Assembly: GCA_038143065.1 (NCBI GenBank) | Contig: JAYQLI010000035.1 | Location: forward strand, 416,001-480,000 | DNA: 64,000 nucleotides | DNA from: Rhodospirillales bacterium | GTDB lineage: Bacteria; Pseudomonadota; Alphaproteobacteria; Bin95 | Direction of reading: 5' to 3' | In this document: positions 22,902-33,256 of the stretch, piece after piece | Numbering within the stretch: the first letter of the stretch is position 1 | How the letters are laid out: every line of letters begins with the position of its first letter | Position numbers and translations under genes: made by a program | Notes under the pieces: model-generated | Told to the model about the DNA's origin: nothing | The model's database searches: none | The model's input: only the letters and a program-made list of their open reading frames with translations

Positions 22902-23879
22902 CTATAACGTCAACACCAGTTTTCCGATGACACTTCGATCTTGAATTTTCATTAGTGCTTCTTTTGCGTGTTCGACAGGATAGGTCTCTTGTACGCGAGG
23001 TTTAAGTTTACCAGCGCTCACGAATGGAAGTAGTCCTTCCAGTCGTTCTCGAGTTTCTGAGGGATAGCGCCAAGAGTGTTCACCGAATACTACACCCACC
23101 ACCGAAAAATTTTTCACCAAAATCATATTAGTGGCAACTTTCGGGATATCACCTGAAGCAAATCCGATAACTAAAATACGGCCTTGCCAGGCAATGCAGC
23201 GGACGGCTTGGGCAAAAGCATCCCCACCTACGGGGTCAAAGACTACATCGGCGCCTTTGTCCCCTGTGATTTCCTTCACCCGATCGCGAAGGTTTTCTTC
23301 TCTATAATTAATCACTTCATCGGCTCCTACCGACGCAGCAACTTTTAATTTTTCTGACGTGCCCGCCGCAGCGATTACTCGAGCACCAAGTAGTTTTCCA
23401 ATTTCAATTGCGGCAATTCCAACTCCTCCTGTTGCTCCTAAGACGAGTAAGGTTTCCCCCGGCTGAAGTTGTCCTCTATGTGTGAGAGCGAAATGGGCAG
23501 TGCCGTAGGCAACTGGGAATGCAGCGGCATTGGTAAAATTCATATCGTCCGGAATTGGGGTGACAATATCTCCTGGAACTACACATTCAGCGGCAAATGC
23601 ACCACCTCGACGCGCAAAGGCGAGTACACGATCACCGACCTTAACGTGCGATACGCCTTCTGTTACTTCGAGCACGTGACCCGCACATTCTAAGCCTGGC
23701 ACAAATGGCAGCTCTGGCTTCACTTGATATTTACCTTCAGCCATTAAGATGTCAGGAAAATTGATGCCAGCTGCACGTACGCCTATGCGGACTTGCCCCC
23801 TTTCTATTTGGGGTGGGGAGATTTCAGAAACAGTTAAATTGTCAACTGAGCCTAACTCAGGGCAAATCAATGCTTTCAT
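22902..23879 (-). CDS. NADPH:quinone oxidoreductase family (MDR) protein
   Basis: GINFPD..GKYQ, PFVPGLE, GATGGVG and DPVGG motifs. Confidence 0.9.
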   Translation of the reverse strand: MKALICPELGSVDNLTVSEISPPQIERGQVRIGVRAAGINFPDILMAEGKYQVKPELPFVPGLECAGHVLEVTEGVSHVKVGDRVLAFARRGGAFAAECVVPGDIVTPIPDDMNFTNAAAFPVAYGTAHFALTHRGQLQPGETLLVLGATGGVGIAAIEIGKLLGARVIAAAGTSEKLKVAASVGADEVINYREENLRDRVKEITGDKGADVVFDPVGGDAFAQAVRCIAWQGRILVIGFASGDIPKVATNMILVKNFSVVGVVFGEHSWRYPSETRERLEGLLPFVSAGKLKPRVQETYPVEHAKEALMKIQDRSVIGKLVLTL

Positions 23880-25446
23880 GAAAGTTCTCCGTCAGCGACA
23901 GCATTTATTGCTAAATTTCTCAAATCCCTGCGCATTAACTTACCTGTTGGAGTGAGTGGTAACTCTGACACGAAGAATATGCGATCTGGTAGTTTGTATG
24001 ATGATAGAAGTTGCTTGCAGTGGTCGCGGAGTTGAATGGCATTCCGTTCTGTTCCAGGCCGAAGGATGACAAAAGCTACAATTATTTCACCCTTGTCTGG
24101 GTCTGGTACTCCTGACACTCCAGCTAGGCCAACGTATTCATCTTTTTGCAATGCTTCTTCGACTTCTGCAGGTGATACGTTAATCCCAGAACGTTTAATC
24201 ATCTCAGATGATCGCCCCGCATAAGACACTGTGCCATCTGAATTTAATGACCCAAGATCTCCAGTTCTAAAAAACCGTCTTCTGTAAATACTTCATCGTT
24301 ATGAATTGAACTCTGTCCACCATATCCGGGCGTGAGGTATCCATGTACCTGTATTTCACCAACATCATCGCTAGCCATAGGTTGGCCTGTTTTGGGATCT
24401 GTTATGCGAATTCTAACTCCAGGTAGGGGAGGGCCTTGGCAGTGGGCTCGACGCTCTAGAGGCCAATGATGTGGAGTTACGCTGCAGTTACCGTAACTCT
24501 CTGTTTGTCCATAAATATTGCAAATTTCATTTGCACCGAGCTCATTTGCGGCTCTTATGATATCCTGCGGCGAGCCTATTGTAAGGCCGGTCCGAAGGCT
24601 TTTGGTCCGCTGTGGTGTAAAGCTTGGTTCGGCAAGAAGAGCATTTGTCATAGCAGGTAAAGTATAGAGAGCAGTTGCCCTACGCTCTTCTATTAATTCA
24701 AGCGCGCCCGCAGGTTCAAATTGTTGCTGAAGGATCATTGAAGATCCATGGCTTAAGACTGCAATCAGAGCATTTGCTGCTCCGTATGACCAAAAAAGAG
24801 GGATTGATATTAGAACTCTATCAATCCCAGAAAGCCCCATCCGCTCGCCAATATTAAAACCATTTTCTATAGATGCCCAATGGGTGAGTGGCACGCACTT
24901 AGGTCGACTTGAGGAACCAGAAGTATATAACACCACGAAATTGTCACCGGCGCTTCGGCCATCTCCAGGAGGCTTTGAAGCCAAGACCGGTCCTTTCAGG
25001 TATTCATCGAATTCGTGAGTATCTAAGGCTATAATTTTAGTCAGGTTTTGAAGCTTTCCAGCTTTTTTGAGCTCTTGAATGCCCTCGTGGAAATTTTGAC
25101 GTCCATATTTGGATAGTGTGAATAGGGTGCAGGCTCCTGCGTCCTCAAGTAGGAACTCAAGTTCAGAGGTTGTTGACCAAGTGCTAAATGGAGCTAGCAC
25201 TGCGCCAACTCCAGCTGCACCAAAACATATATCCAACCACTCAATTCGGTTGTTACACAGAAGGCCTATTACATCTCCCCGCGTGATGCCATCTTCCTGA
25301 AGTCGTCCTGCTACAGCTGCTGAACGATCTGCCATCTGCCGATAGGTGATTTCTTCACCACCAATGAATGCAAACGGCGCATTTGGCGTTTTCTCAGCAA
25401 TTTCATGGAGCAAATCATATACTGTTCTAGCAATGGGACTTTGCAT
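23876..25446 (-). CDS. AMP-dependent acyl-CoA synthetase; frameshift near 24270
   Basis: YTSGSSSRPK, YGQTE, GRSSEMIKRSGINVSPAEVE and TPTGK motifs. Confidence 0.9.
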
Positions 25447-25498
25447 GATTATTCCAATGTTGGACTATCTTAGGAATCTAACGCTAAGGGGCGAAGCT

Positions 25499-26257
25499 AT
25501 GCCACTCAATATTCGCACGCCAGAAAAATATGTCACTCTTATAGAGCTCGATGAACAATCCAAAATGAATGCTATGTCCCGCCAAATGTTAGGGGAGATA
25601 GCAGATCTTTGGGAGAAACTTGATGCTGATCCAGGATGCCGGGCGATAGTACTCACAGGCGCGGGAGATCGCGCTTTTTGTGCAGGAGCCGATATAGGAG
25701 GTGACCTCACAGCCAGTGAGGAGATGGCTGAAATGATTAACCGAGCGCTATTAAAAACACACGCGATTTCTAAGCCTGTTATTGCTGCAGTTAATGGTGT
25801 CTGTGCAGGTGGAGGAGTGGAGTTACTTCTTTCAACAGATATAAGAATAGCAGCTGAGCATGCCCGCATTGGGTTGCCGGAAGTACGGTACTCTATCTAT
25901 CCATTTGGTGGCGCGGTTTTGAAGCTTTTTAAGCAAATTGGTTATACACATGCGATGGATTTGCTTCTTACGGGGCGACTGATTAGCGCTTTAGATGCTG
26001 CTAATTTAGGTCTTTATACCCGGGTGCTGTCTAAGGATAAAGTCTTAGATAACGCCATAGAGACAGCAGCTGTTATTGCTGAAAATAGTCCACCAGCGGT
26101 GCAAGCTGTTAAGAAGCAGGTGGCACAAATGATCGCCTTTGATGCAATGCAATGGGAAGAGGAGGAACAATCGCTTGGGGATATGGTCAGGGCAAGTAAC
26201 TCTTTCAAAGAGGGGGTAGCCGCATTCCTGGAGAAGCGTCCCCCTAAATACGATTAG
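25499..26257 (+). CDS. Enoyl-CoA hydratase/isomerase (crotonase)
   Basis: AFCAGAD, KPVIAAVNG.C.GGG.E and EGVAAFLEKR motifs. Confidence 0.9.
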   Translation: MPLNIRTPEKYVTLIELDEQSKMNAMSRQMLGEIADLWEKLDADPGCRAIVLTGAGDRAFCAGADIGGDLTASEEMAEMINRALLKTHAISKPVIAAVNGVCAGGGVELLLSTDIRIAAEHARIGLPEVRYSIYPFGGAVLKLFKQIGYTHAMDLLLTGRLISALDAANLGLYTRVLSKDKVLDNAIETAAVIAENSPPAVQAVKKQVAQMIAFDAMQWEEEEQSLGDMVRASNSFKEGVAAFLEKRPPKYD

Positions 26258-26721
26258 AGTGGAAGCGGTGCTGACGTTTTTAAAGTCTCCATGGAAAGCT
26301 GAGACGTAACCTTATAAATTTGTATGCGCTCGATAAGGCGGCGATAAAATTCATCGTAATCTCTAGCCGTTGCAACTTGGACTTTCAAAATATAATCGAT
26401 CTCACCAGCAAGGCGATGAGCTTCAACGATCTCGGGCATATCACTCACGGCAGCGGAAAAGTGTTCTAACCATTTCTTATCGTGCTGATTTGTGCTGACC
26501 ATGACAAAAAAGGTTTGGCCAAGACCAGCAAGTTCAGGATCAAGTAACGTTTGGTATCGAATTATTAGACCACTTGCCTCAAATTTTTTTATCCGGTTCC
26601 AAACAGCAGTTCGAGAAGCACCAACAGTTGATGCTATTTGGTCCAAAGGAAGGTTCGCTTCCGATTGCAGAACTCGGAGGATCCTGCGATCCAGATCTGA
26701 GAGGTTAGGGTTTTGCTGCAT
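26254..26721 (-). CDS. Lrp/AsnC family regulator (DecR-like)
   Basis: DRRIL..LQ HTH; EAHRLAGEIDYILKV...YDEFYRRLI. Confidence 0.88.
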   Translation of the reverse strand: MQQNPNLSDLDRRILRVLQSEANLPLDQIASTVGASRTAVWNRIKKFEASGLIIRYQTLLDPELAGLGQTFFVMVSTNQHDKKWLEHFSAAVSDMPEIVEAHRLAGEIDYILKVQVATARDYDEFYRRLIERIQIYKVTSQLSMETLKTSAPLPL

Positions 26722-26761
26722 GAGCCGGCACTTTCAAACTTCATTCAATTTGTATATTGGA

Positions 26762-26779
26762 AAAATATTCTAATATTTT
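26762..26779. promoter_or_regulatory. AT-rich palindrome, possible Lrp-family operator
   Basis: AAAATATT-CT-AATATTTT inverted repeat inside a very AT-rich stretch upstream of the Lrp gene. Confidence 0.35.
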
Positions 26780-26926
26780 AAGGATAAATACTGCTATAAA
26801 GAAAAAATGTTATAAATATTATAAAAATATTGAATAAATTTCAATTTCGCGAAAATTTTTACGACTTGTGTTTTACGTCCACATCAGTCCATCTAAGACC
26901 GGTAAAATGCTGGTCTTCTGGTAGAT

Positions 26927-28345
26927 TTAACTTCTCTTTCCAGCATGCCATTGCTCCGTAAAACTTTTTTTGCCGGGTAGAGTAAGGTCCCTATCTTTTG
27001 TCCAAGAAGTTGCAAATGGTGCCTGCTTTAAGCGGTTATTTTTTCCTTTGAATAATCGGAGCGTTGGGAGAGCAAGCTTAACAGCAAGTCGATATAACCA
27101 TGGGCGTAAAGCAAAGTATGCCCAGGCGGTCATAATCCAGCGAGTACGTTGGCTGCCTGTCTTCTCTCTCCACTGGCGTTCGCGTAAAGCTCTCATCATG
27201 TCTGGTAAGGGTATGTCCACCGGACATACTTCCCGACATCTTCCATTTAACGTGCATGCATTAGGCAAGTCCCCGGCCTGCTCTAGGCTATTTAGGGCAG
27301 GGGTTAAAATTGACCCCATCGGCCCTGGATATGTTGAACCATATGGATGACCGCCAATCACTGAATAAACAGGGCAATGATTCATGCAGGCACCGCAACG
27401 AATGCAGCGGAGCATTTTTGCCATATCACCGCCCAACATTGATGTCCGTCGATTGTCTACTAAAACAATGTGCATTTCTTCTGGACCATCTCTATCACCA
27501 GAACGTTTAGGTCCGTTGAAAAAAGTTACATATTGGGTGAATTCACTACCCAATGCGGATCTGGATAAAAGTCTAAGGAAAACTGCTGTGTGCTCTAAGC
27601 TTGGGACAAGTTTTTCGATGCCCACTGTAACGATGTGGCAGGGAGGTAGTGCTGTTGTTAGCTCTGCGTTTCCTTCGTTTGTTACTGTTAAAACCGAGCC
27701 GCTATCAGCAGCGAGAAAATTTGCTCCAGAAATGCCTACATCGGCAGAAATATATTTTGGCCTAAGCTCGTGTCGGGCGCTTTCGACCAAAGCTTCGACA
27801 GTGTCAGATGATCTTTGCCTTGTATGTTTATCAGTAAACAGGTCAGCCACTTCCTCCTGTGTCTTATGAAGGGCCGGGATCACTATGTGTGAGGGGCGCT
27901 CACCTGCTAATTGAATAATGTGCTCCGCGAGATCTGTTTCAACACGCTCAATTCCCGCCGCTGCAAGAGCGCCTGGTAGGCCAATTTCTTCGCCTAGCAT
28001 TGATTTCACGCGCGTGGCTGTTTTTGCCTCTCGTGCCTTGCATATATCTACAACGATTCCCGTCGCTTCGTCAGGGGTTTCGGCAAAGTGAACTATAGCA
28101 CCTGAGGCTTCAGCAGCGGCCGTGAATTGTTCTAAGTAGTAATCAAGATTTTCTAACGTATGATCTTTAACCTGCACTGCTAGCTTTCGGGCTTCTTCGA
28201 ATTCAGGGTAATTAGTAATTACCTCCGTTCGCCTGCCTTGAAGTAAGTTAGTTGCCCGATCTAATGCTATTTTTAGTTGAGGCTTTTTTAGTGCGTGAGC
28301 TGCCTCTGTTTTGAAGGCAGAAGGTGAAGCGGCGTGAGAGGTCAT
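26927..28345 (-). CDS. lutB: L-lactate utilization Fe-S protein LutB/LldF
   Basis: ETDLAE.I.QL...PSHIV, TNEGN, CIRCGACMNHCPVY and CTLNGRC.EVCPV motifs. Confidence 0.92.
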   Translation of the reverse strand: MTSHAASPSAFKTEAAHALKKPQLKIALDRATNLLQGRRTEVITNYPEFEEARKLAVQVKDHTLENLDYYLEQFTAAAEASGAIVHFAETPDEATGIVVDICKAREAKTATRVKSMLGEEIGLPGALAAAGIERVETDLAEHIIQLAGERPSHIVIPALHKTQEEVADLFTDKHTRQRSSDTVEALVESARHELRPKYISADVGISGANFLAADSGSVLTVTNEGNAELTTALPPCHIVTVGIEKLVPSLEHTAVFLRLLSRSALGSEFTQYVTFFNGPKRSGDRDGPEEMHIVLVDNRRTSMLGGDMAKMLRCIRCGACMNHCPVYSVIGGHPYGSTYPGPMGSILTPALNSLEQAGDLPNACTLNGRCREVCPVDIPLPDMMRALRERQWREKTGSQRTRWIMTAWAYFALRPWLYRLAVKLALPTLRLFKGKNNRLKQAPFATSWTKDRDLTLPGKKSFTEQWHAGKRS

Positions 28346-29094
28346 ATGCCTTCTCCATCTGCCATGCCAGCAAGAACTTCCGCGATATGAAAACAGCGGA
28401 TGTTTGAATTTTCGCGCGATAGCTTTCCTGCCATATTCATTAGACAGCCTAAATCACCTGCAAGAAGTACATCTGCACCACTGGCCTTTATTGTCTTAGT
28501 TTTGTCGGCCACGATTGCTGAAGAAATTTCTGGATATTTGATGCAGAAGGTGCCGCCAAAACCGCAGCATGCCTCTTCACCTTCGAGTGGATGAATTTCC
28601 AATCCTGAAATTTCAGATAAAAGAACACGAGGCTGTGCCTTAACGCCAAGCTCCCTTAGTCCCGAACAACTATCATGGTAGGCAACTTTGGCTGGGAATA
28701 CGGTCGAGGTTGGTTTCCAACCCATGATATCAACAAGAAACTGGGTGAGCTCAAATGTTCGAGCAGCTAGATCTTCTTGCCTGAGCCGCCAACCTGGGTC
28801 TTCCGGAAAAAGGTCTGCGTAGTGTACTTTGATCATTCCTGCACAAGAGCCGGATGGTGCCACTACATAGTCATATGTTTCAAATGTTTTAATTACTTGC
28901 TCTGCTATTGCGCGACTTGCACTTTTTGCGCCTGAATTAAAGGCAGGTTGCCCGCAGCAAGTTTGTGCCTTTGGGACTATCACCTCACAACCTGCTAATT
29001 CTAAAAGGCGAACAGCGGCAAATGCCACGTTTGGCCGCATTGTGTCAGCCAAGCAGGTTACAAAGAGCGCGACGGAAGGCTTAGATCTTGTCAT
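28342..29094 (-). CDS. lutA: L-lactate utilization CCG-domain protein LutA/LldE
   Basis: LFVTC, QTCCGQP, YHDSC and CCGFGGTF motifs; adjacent to lutB. Confidence 0.92.
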   Translation of the reverse strand: MTRSKPSVALFVTCLADTMRPNVAFAAVRLLELAGCEVIVPKAQTCCGQPAFNSGAKSASRAIAEQVIKTFETYDYVVAPSGSCAGMIKVHYADLFPEDPGWRLRQEDLAARTFELTQFLVDIMGWKPTSTVFPAKVAYHDSCSGLRELGVKAQPRVLLSEISGLEIHPLEGEEACCGFGGTFCIKYPEISSAIVADKTKTIKASGADVLLAGDLGCLMNMAGKLSRENSNIRCFHIAEVLAGMADGEGI

Positions 29095-29233
29095 ACCACA
29101 AAAATATCGCCGGTGTATCTTCGTAGCGATGCGCGCCGCCGCCGCAGCGCGCGAATGCCGCAATTTTCCTTGCCGTTAGGTTGGTGCAGGTGGCCGAAGC
29201 ATGAATGCCTTAGAGACTGCTTGGGAACTTCTT

Positions 29234-30393
29234 TTAAAGATCCTTCAATATTTCGTTCCAAAGAGTAGACTTAAGTTCAAAGCCGACGCCTGGAGCATCT
29301 GGCAGGGTAATTTCCCCGCTTTCAACCTTTGTATCGTCTGCGAACCCACCAAAGGGCTGAAACACTCCCGGGTAACTTTCGTTCCCTCCCAGTCCAAGCC
29401 CAGCGGCTATGTTTAAGGCAAACTGGTGGCCACCATGAGGAATGCAGCGTCGCGGTGCCCAACCTAACTCATGCAGCATTTTAAGTGTGTCGAAATATTC
29501 AACTAAACCATAAGAAAGAGGGGGTCGAATTGAAGCCAATCGCGATCACTGCGCATCCCTGCGTACCTGATTAAGTTACGAGCATCTTGTACCGAAAATA
29601 AATTTTCTCCTGTAGCCATTGCGCCAGGATAGATTTCACTAAGGACTGCCTGTAGTTGATAATCTAGGGGATCTCCAGCCTCCTCATACCAGAAGAGGTC
29701 GTAAGGCTTCATCATTTCGGCATAGGCAATAGCTGTTTGCAGATCAAAGCGACCGTTAGCGTCTACGGCTAACCTCTGGCCGTCGCCAACCACCTCAAGT
29801 ACTGCCTCTATGCGTTCTTTATCAAGATCGATACTTTCGCCACCAATTTTCATTTTAACGATATCGTAGCCGAGGTTAAGGTAGCTCTTCATCTCCTCTT
29901 TAAGAGCATCTAAACCTTTTCCCGGATAGTAATAGCCGCCAGCGGCGTAGACAAAGACCTTGCGGTCAGCTTTGCCAGCATTAAACCGGTCGGCCAATAG
30001 CTGCCACAAAGGTACTTGATTGGCCTTTGCGAGCGCATCCCAAAGGGCCATATCGATCGTTCCAACTGCCACAGACCTCTCTCCGTGTCCTCCTGGCTTT
30101 TCATTTACTCTCATCGACTTGTTTACTTTTGCTGGATCGATAAAGCCGTCTTCATCAATCCATTCGTTTTGGTCCGCGGCTTGGATCCGAGGAATAAATC
30201 GGTCACGCATTAATGCGCCCTGGCCATAGCGGCCGTTTGAGTTAAATCCGTAACCAATGACCTGTTTGCCATCTATATAAACATCGGTTTTAACGGAAAC
30301 TACGGTGCAGGTCATTTGGCTAAAGTCAACATACGCGTTTCGGATATCTGACTTTAGCGATACGGTTTTTTCAACGATGTCTATAATTTTCAT
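29234..30393 (-). CDS. tarD: D(-)-tartrate dehydratase-like enolase-superfamily enzyme; frameshift near 29520
   Basis: IRNAYVDF, GYGFNSNGRYGQG, NEKPGGHGERSVAVG, KMKIGG and CIPHGGH closely resemble Bradyrhizobium TarD as I recall its sequence. Confidence 0.8.
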
Positions 30394-30513
30394 ACCAGCT
30401 TTACTTTCAAATCAATCAAGGAATTACTCCTAGTGAAGTAATCCTTTACTTTGCAAGAGGTCCCTTTGGTGTTTTGCAAAAAATTATTTGGTTCATTCAA
30501 TAATTCAGCAGAA

Positions 30514-30540
30514 ATAGGACTTGATTAAATACCCAAGATG
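30514..30540 (+). promoter_or_regulatory. Possible Rrf2/IscR-type operator upstream of the SUF operon
   Basis: Imperfect inverted repeat CTTGA-TTAAATAC-CCAAG about 50 bp upstream of the Rrf2 start. Confidence 0.35.
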
Positions 30541-30588
30541 ATACAAATCCAATTCGTACATGATTAGTACTAATTGGATTTTGGGTAC

Positions 30589-31041
30589 ATGCTGCGCTTA
30601 TCAAAAATGACCGATTATGCGGTTGTAGTTATGGGGCAATTAGCTTCCAGACCTGATTGCCGTCAGTCCGCTGCTAGTATAGCTGAAAATACTGGTTTAC
30701 CGACCGCTACAGTCGGGCAAGTACTTAAAGCTCTCAGCTTTTCAAACCTAGTTGATGGCACCCGCGGCGCATACGGTGGCTATTTATTGTCTCGCTCTCC
30801 TTCTGCCATTTCAGTTGCAGAGATTGTGGTGGCAATGGATGGGCCCGTTGCGATTACCGCTTGTGTGGATGGAGCGGACGACCCCTGCAATGTTCAGGCT
30901 GGATGTTTGCTTCGTGGTAGTTGGGATGCCGTGAATTCAGCAATTGAAGGTGCTCTGAAGGGTGTAACTCTTGAAGAAATGCTAGCTCCCTTATTTAGAT
31001 TTTCTGTATCCAAATCCTCTGAATTGGAGGTCCGCTCATGA
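30589..31041 (+). CDS. SUF system Rrf2/IscR-like Fe-S regulator
   Basis: [14 protein letters not shown] and three Cys (C-x7-C-x5-C); heads the SUF operon. Confidence 0.9.
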   Translation: MLRLSKMTDYAVVVMGQLASRPDCRQSAASIAENTGLPTATVGQVLKALSFSNLVDGTRGAYGGYLLSRSPSAISVAEIVVAMDGPVAITACVDGADDPCNVQAGCLLRGSWDAVNSAIEGALKGVTLEEMLAPLFRFSVSKSSELEVRS

Positions 31042-32499
31042 GTGCTACAGCAGAAACTATTGCTGATGTCGAGAAGTTAGGCGATCGTTACAAATACGGC
31101 TTCGTTACTGAGATTGAATCAGAAACTGCTCCTAAGGGTCTGTCTGAGGACGTAATTCGTTTTATTTCGGCCAAGAAGGAAGAGCCGGCGTGGCTCCTGG
31201 AATGGCGGCTGCAAGCCTATGCAAAATGGCAAAAAATGAATGAGCCTAATTGGGCTAAATTGGGTTACCCTCCGATAGATTACCAAGACTCTTATTATTA
31301 CTCGGCACCAAAACAAAAAGATGCCCCCAAAAGCCTAGATGAGGTTGATCCAGAGTTACTAGAAACATACGAAAAACTTGGCATTCCACTAAAAGAACAG
31401 GAAATGCTGGCAGGGGTGAGAAACGTTGCCGTTGATGCAGTATTCGATAGTGTCTCGGTTGCTACTACCTTCAAAGCAAAATTAGCCGAAGCTGGTGTCA
31501 TTTTTTGTTCGATATCTGAAGCGGTTCGCGAATATCCAGACCTGGTCAAAAAGTACCTCGGCTCAGTAGTGCCGCAGGATGACAATTTTTTTGCCGCCTT
31601 GAATTGTGCAGTCTACACCGATGGCTCATTTGTATACGTACCCAAGGGTGTGAAATGTCCGATGGAACTCTCTACCTATTTTCGAATAAATCGCTGAAAA
31701 TACGGGGCAGTTTGAGCGCACATTAATTATAGCGGATGAGGGGTCTTACGTCAGTTACTTGGAAGGGTGTACAGCTCCGATGCGGGATGAAAATCAGCTG
31801 CACGCGGCTGTTGTTGAGCTTGTTGCGCACAAGGATGCGGAAATCAAATATTCGACTGTTCTTAATTGGTATGCGGGTGATGAAAATGGCAAAGGCGGGA
31901 TTTTCATTTTTGTGACGAAAAGAGCCCTCTGTCAGGGCGACCGTTCAAAGGTCATGTGGACCCAGGTGGAAACGGGTTCTGCAATTACATGGAAGTACCC
32001 GAGCTGCGTTCTGCAGGGGGACGATAGCCAAGGTGAGTTCTATTCGGTTGCAATCGCGAACAACATGCAACAGGCCGATACTGGAACTAAAATGATCCAT
32101 ATGGGCAAACGTACGCGCTCTCGCATTATCTCCAAGGGGATTTCTGCTGGTCGCGCTCAGAATAGTTATCGTGGGCTGGTGAAAATGTTGCCTTCTGCTG
32201 ACAAAGGCAGAAATTTTACCCAGTGTGACTCACTCCTTATAGGCGATAAATGCGGCGCGCATACGTTCCCATACATTGAGAGTCAGAACCGGTCTGCGCG
32301 AGTTGAGCACGAGGCAACTACGTCAAAAATTAGTGAAGACCAGTTATTTTATTGTCGGCAGCGTGGCATTGGTGAGGAAGAAGCCGTTGCGCTAGTCGTT
32401 AATGGTTTTTGTCGAGAAGTATTGCAGCAACTTCCAATGGAGTTTGCGGTTGAGGCGCAAAAGCTTGTTGGAATTAGTCTTGAAGGTTCGGTGGGTTAA
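31038..32499 (+). CDS. sufB: Fe-S cluster assembly scaffold SufB; frameshift near 31692
   Basis: [40 protein letters not shown] and EHEATTSKI motifs. Confidence 0.97.
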
Positions 32500-32503
32500 A
32501 ACA

Positions 32504-33256
32504 ATGCTTGAGATCAATGATCTACGGGTAAGCGTAGAGGGTAAACAAATTCTGAAGGGCTTGAACCTATCGGTGCCAGCTGGTGAGGTCCATGCAATTA
32601 TGGGCCCGAATGGAGCGGGAAAATCAACTCTAGCTTACGCTTTAGCAGGGCGAGACGGTTACGAGCATGAAGGTGGTTCAGCAAAGCTGCTTGGGAATAG
32701 CATTATCGGATTAGATCCAGAGGATAGGGCCGCTTTGGGCCTCTTCCTTGCATTCCAGTATCCGGTTGAAATTCCAGGCGTTGCAGGAATGACATTCTTA
32801 AAAACTGCTCTGAACTCTATGCGAGTTGCGAGAGGCCAAGAAGAATTGTCAGCCCTCGACTTTTTGAAGCTTGTTAGAGAAAGGTTGAAGAGCCTTGGAA
32901 TAGACGAGGCTATGCTAAAGCGTCCGGTGAATGTTGGATTTTCTGGCGGTGAAAAAAAACGCAACGAAGTTTTACAGATGGCAATGCTTGAGCCAAAATT
33001 CTGTGTTCTCGATGAAACAGATAGTGGTCTTGATATCGATGCTCTCAAAGTTGTGGCGGATGGTGTCAATGCTCTCAGGTCTCCAGAACGTGGCATGCTA
33101 GTCATCACCCATTATCAGCGATTATTGGATTACATTAAGCCTAATCGAGTGCATGTCCTTGCTTCTGGCCAAATAGTAAAGTCTGGTGGTCCGGAACTAG
33201 CGCTGCAGCTTGAAGCAGAGGGTTATGGAGAGCTGTTAAAAGAGACTGCAGCATGA
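32504..33256 (+). CDS. sufC: Fe-S assembly ATPase SufC
   Basis: GPNGAGKST, FLAFQYPVEIPG, GFSGGEKKRNE and LDETDSGLDID motifs. Confidence 0.97.
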   Translation: MLEINDLRVSVEGKQILKGLNLSVPAGEVHAIMGPNGAGKSTLAYALAGRDGYEHEGGSAKLLGNSIIGLDPEDRAALGLFLAFQYPVEIPGVAGMTFLKTALNSMRVARGQEELSALDFLKLVRERLKSLGIDEAMLKRPVNVGFSGGEKKRNEVLQMAMLEPKFCVLDETDSGLDIDALKVVADGVNALRSPERGMLVITHYQRLLDYIKPNRVHVLASGQIVKSGGPELALQLEAEGYGELLKETAA

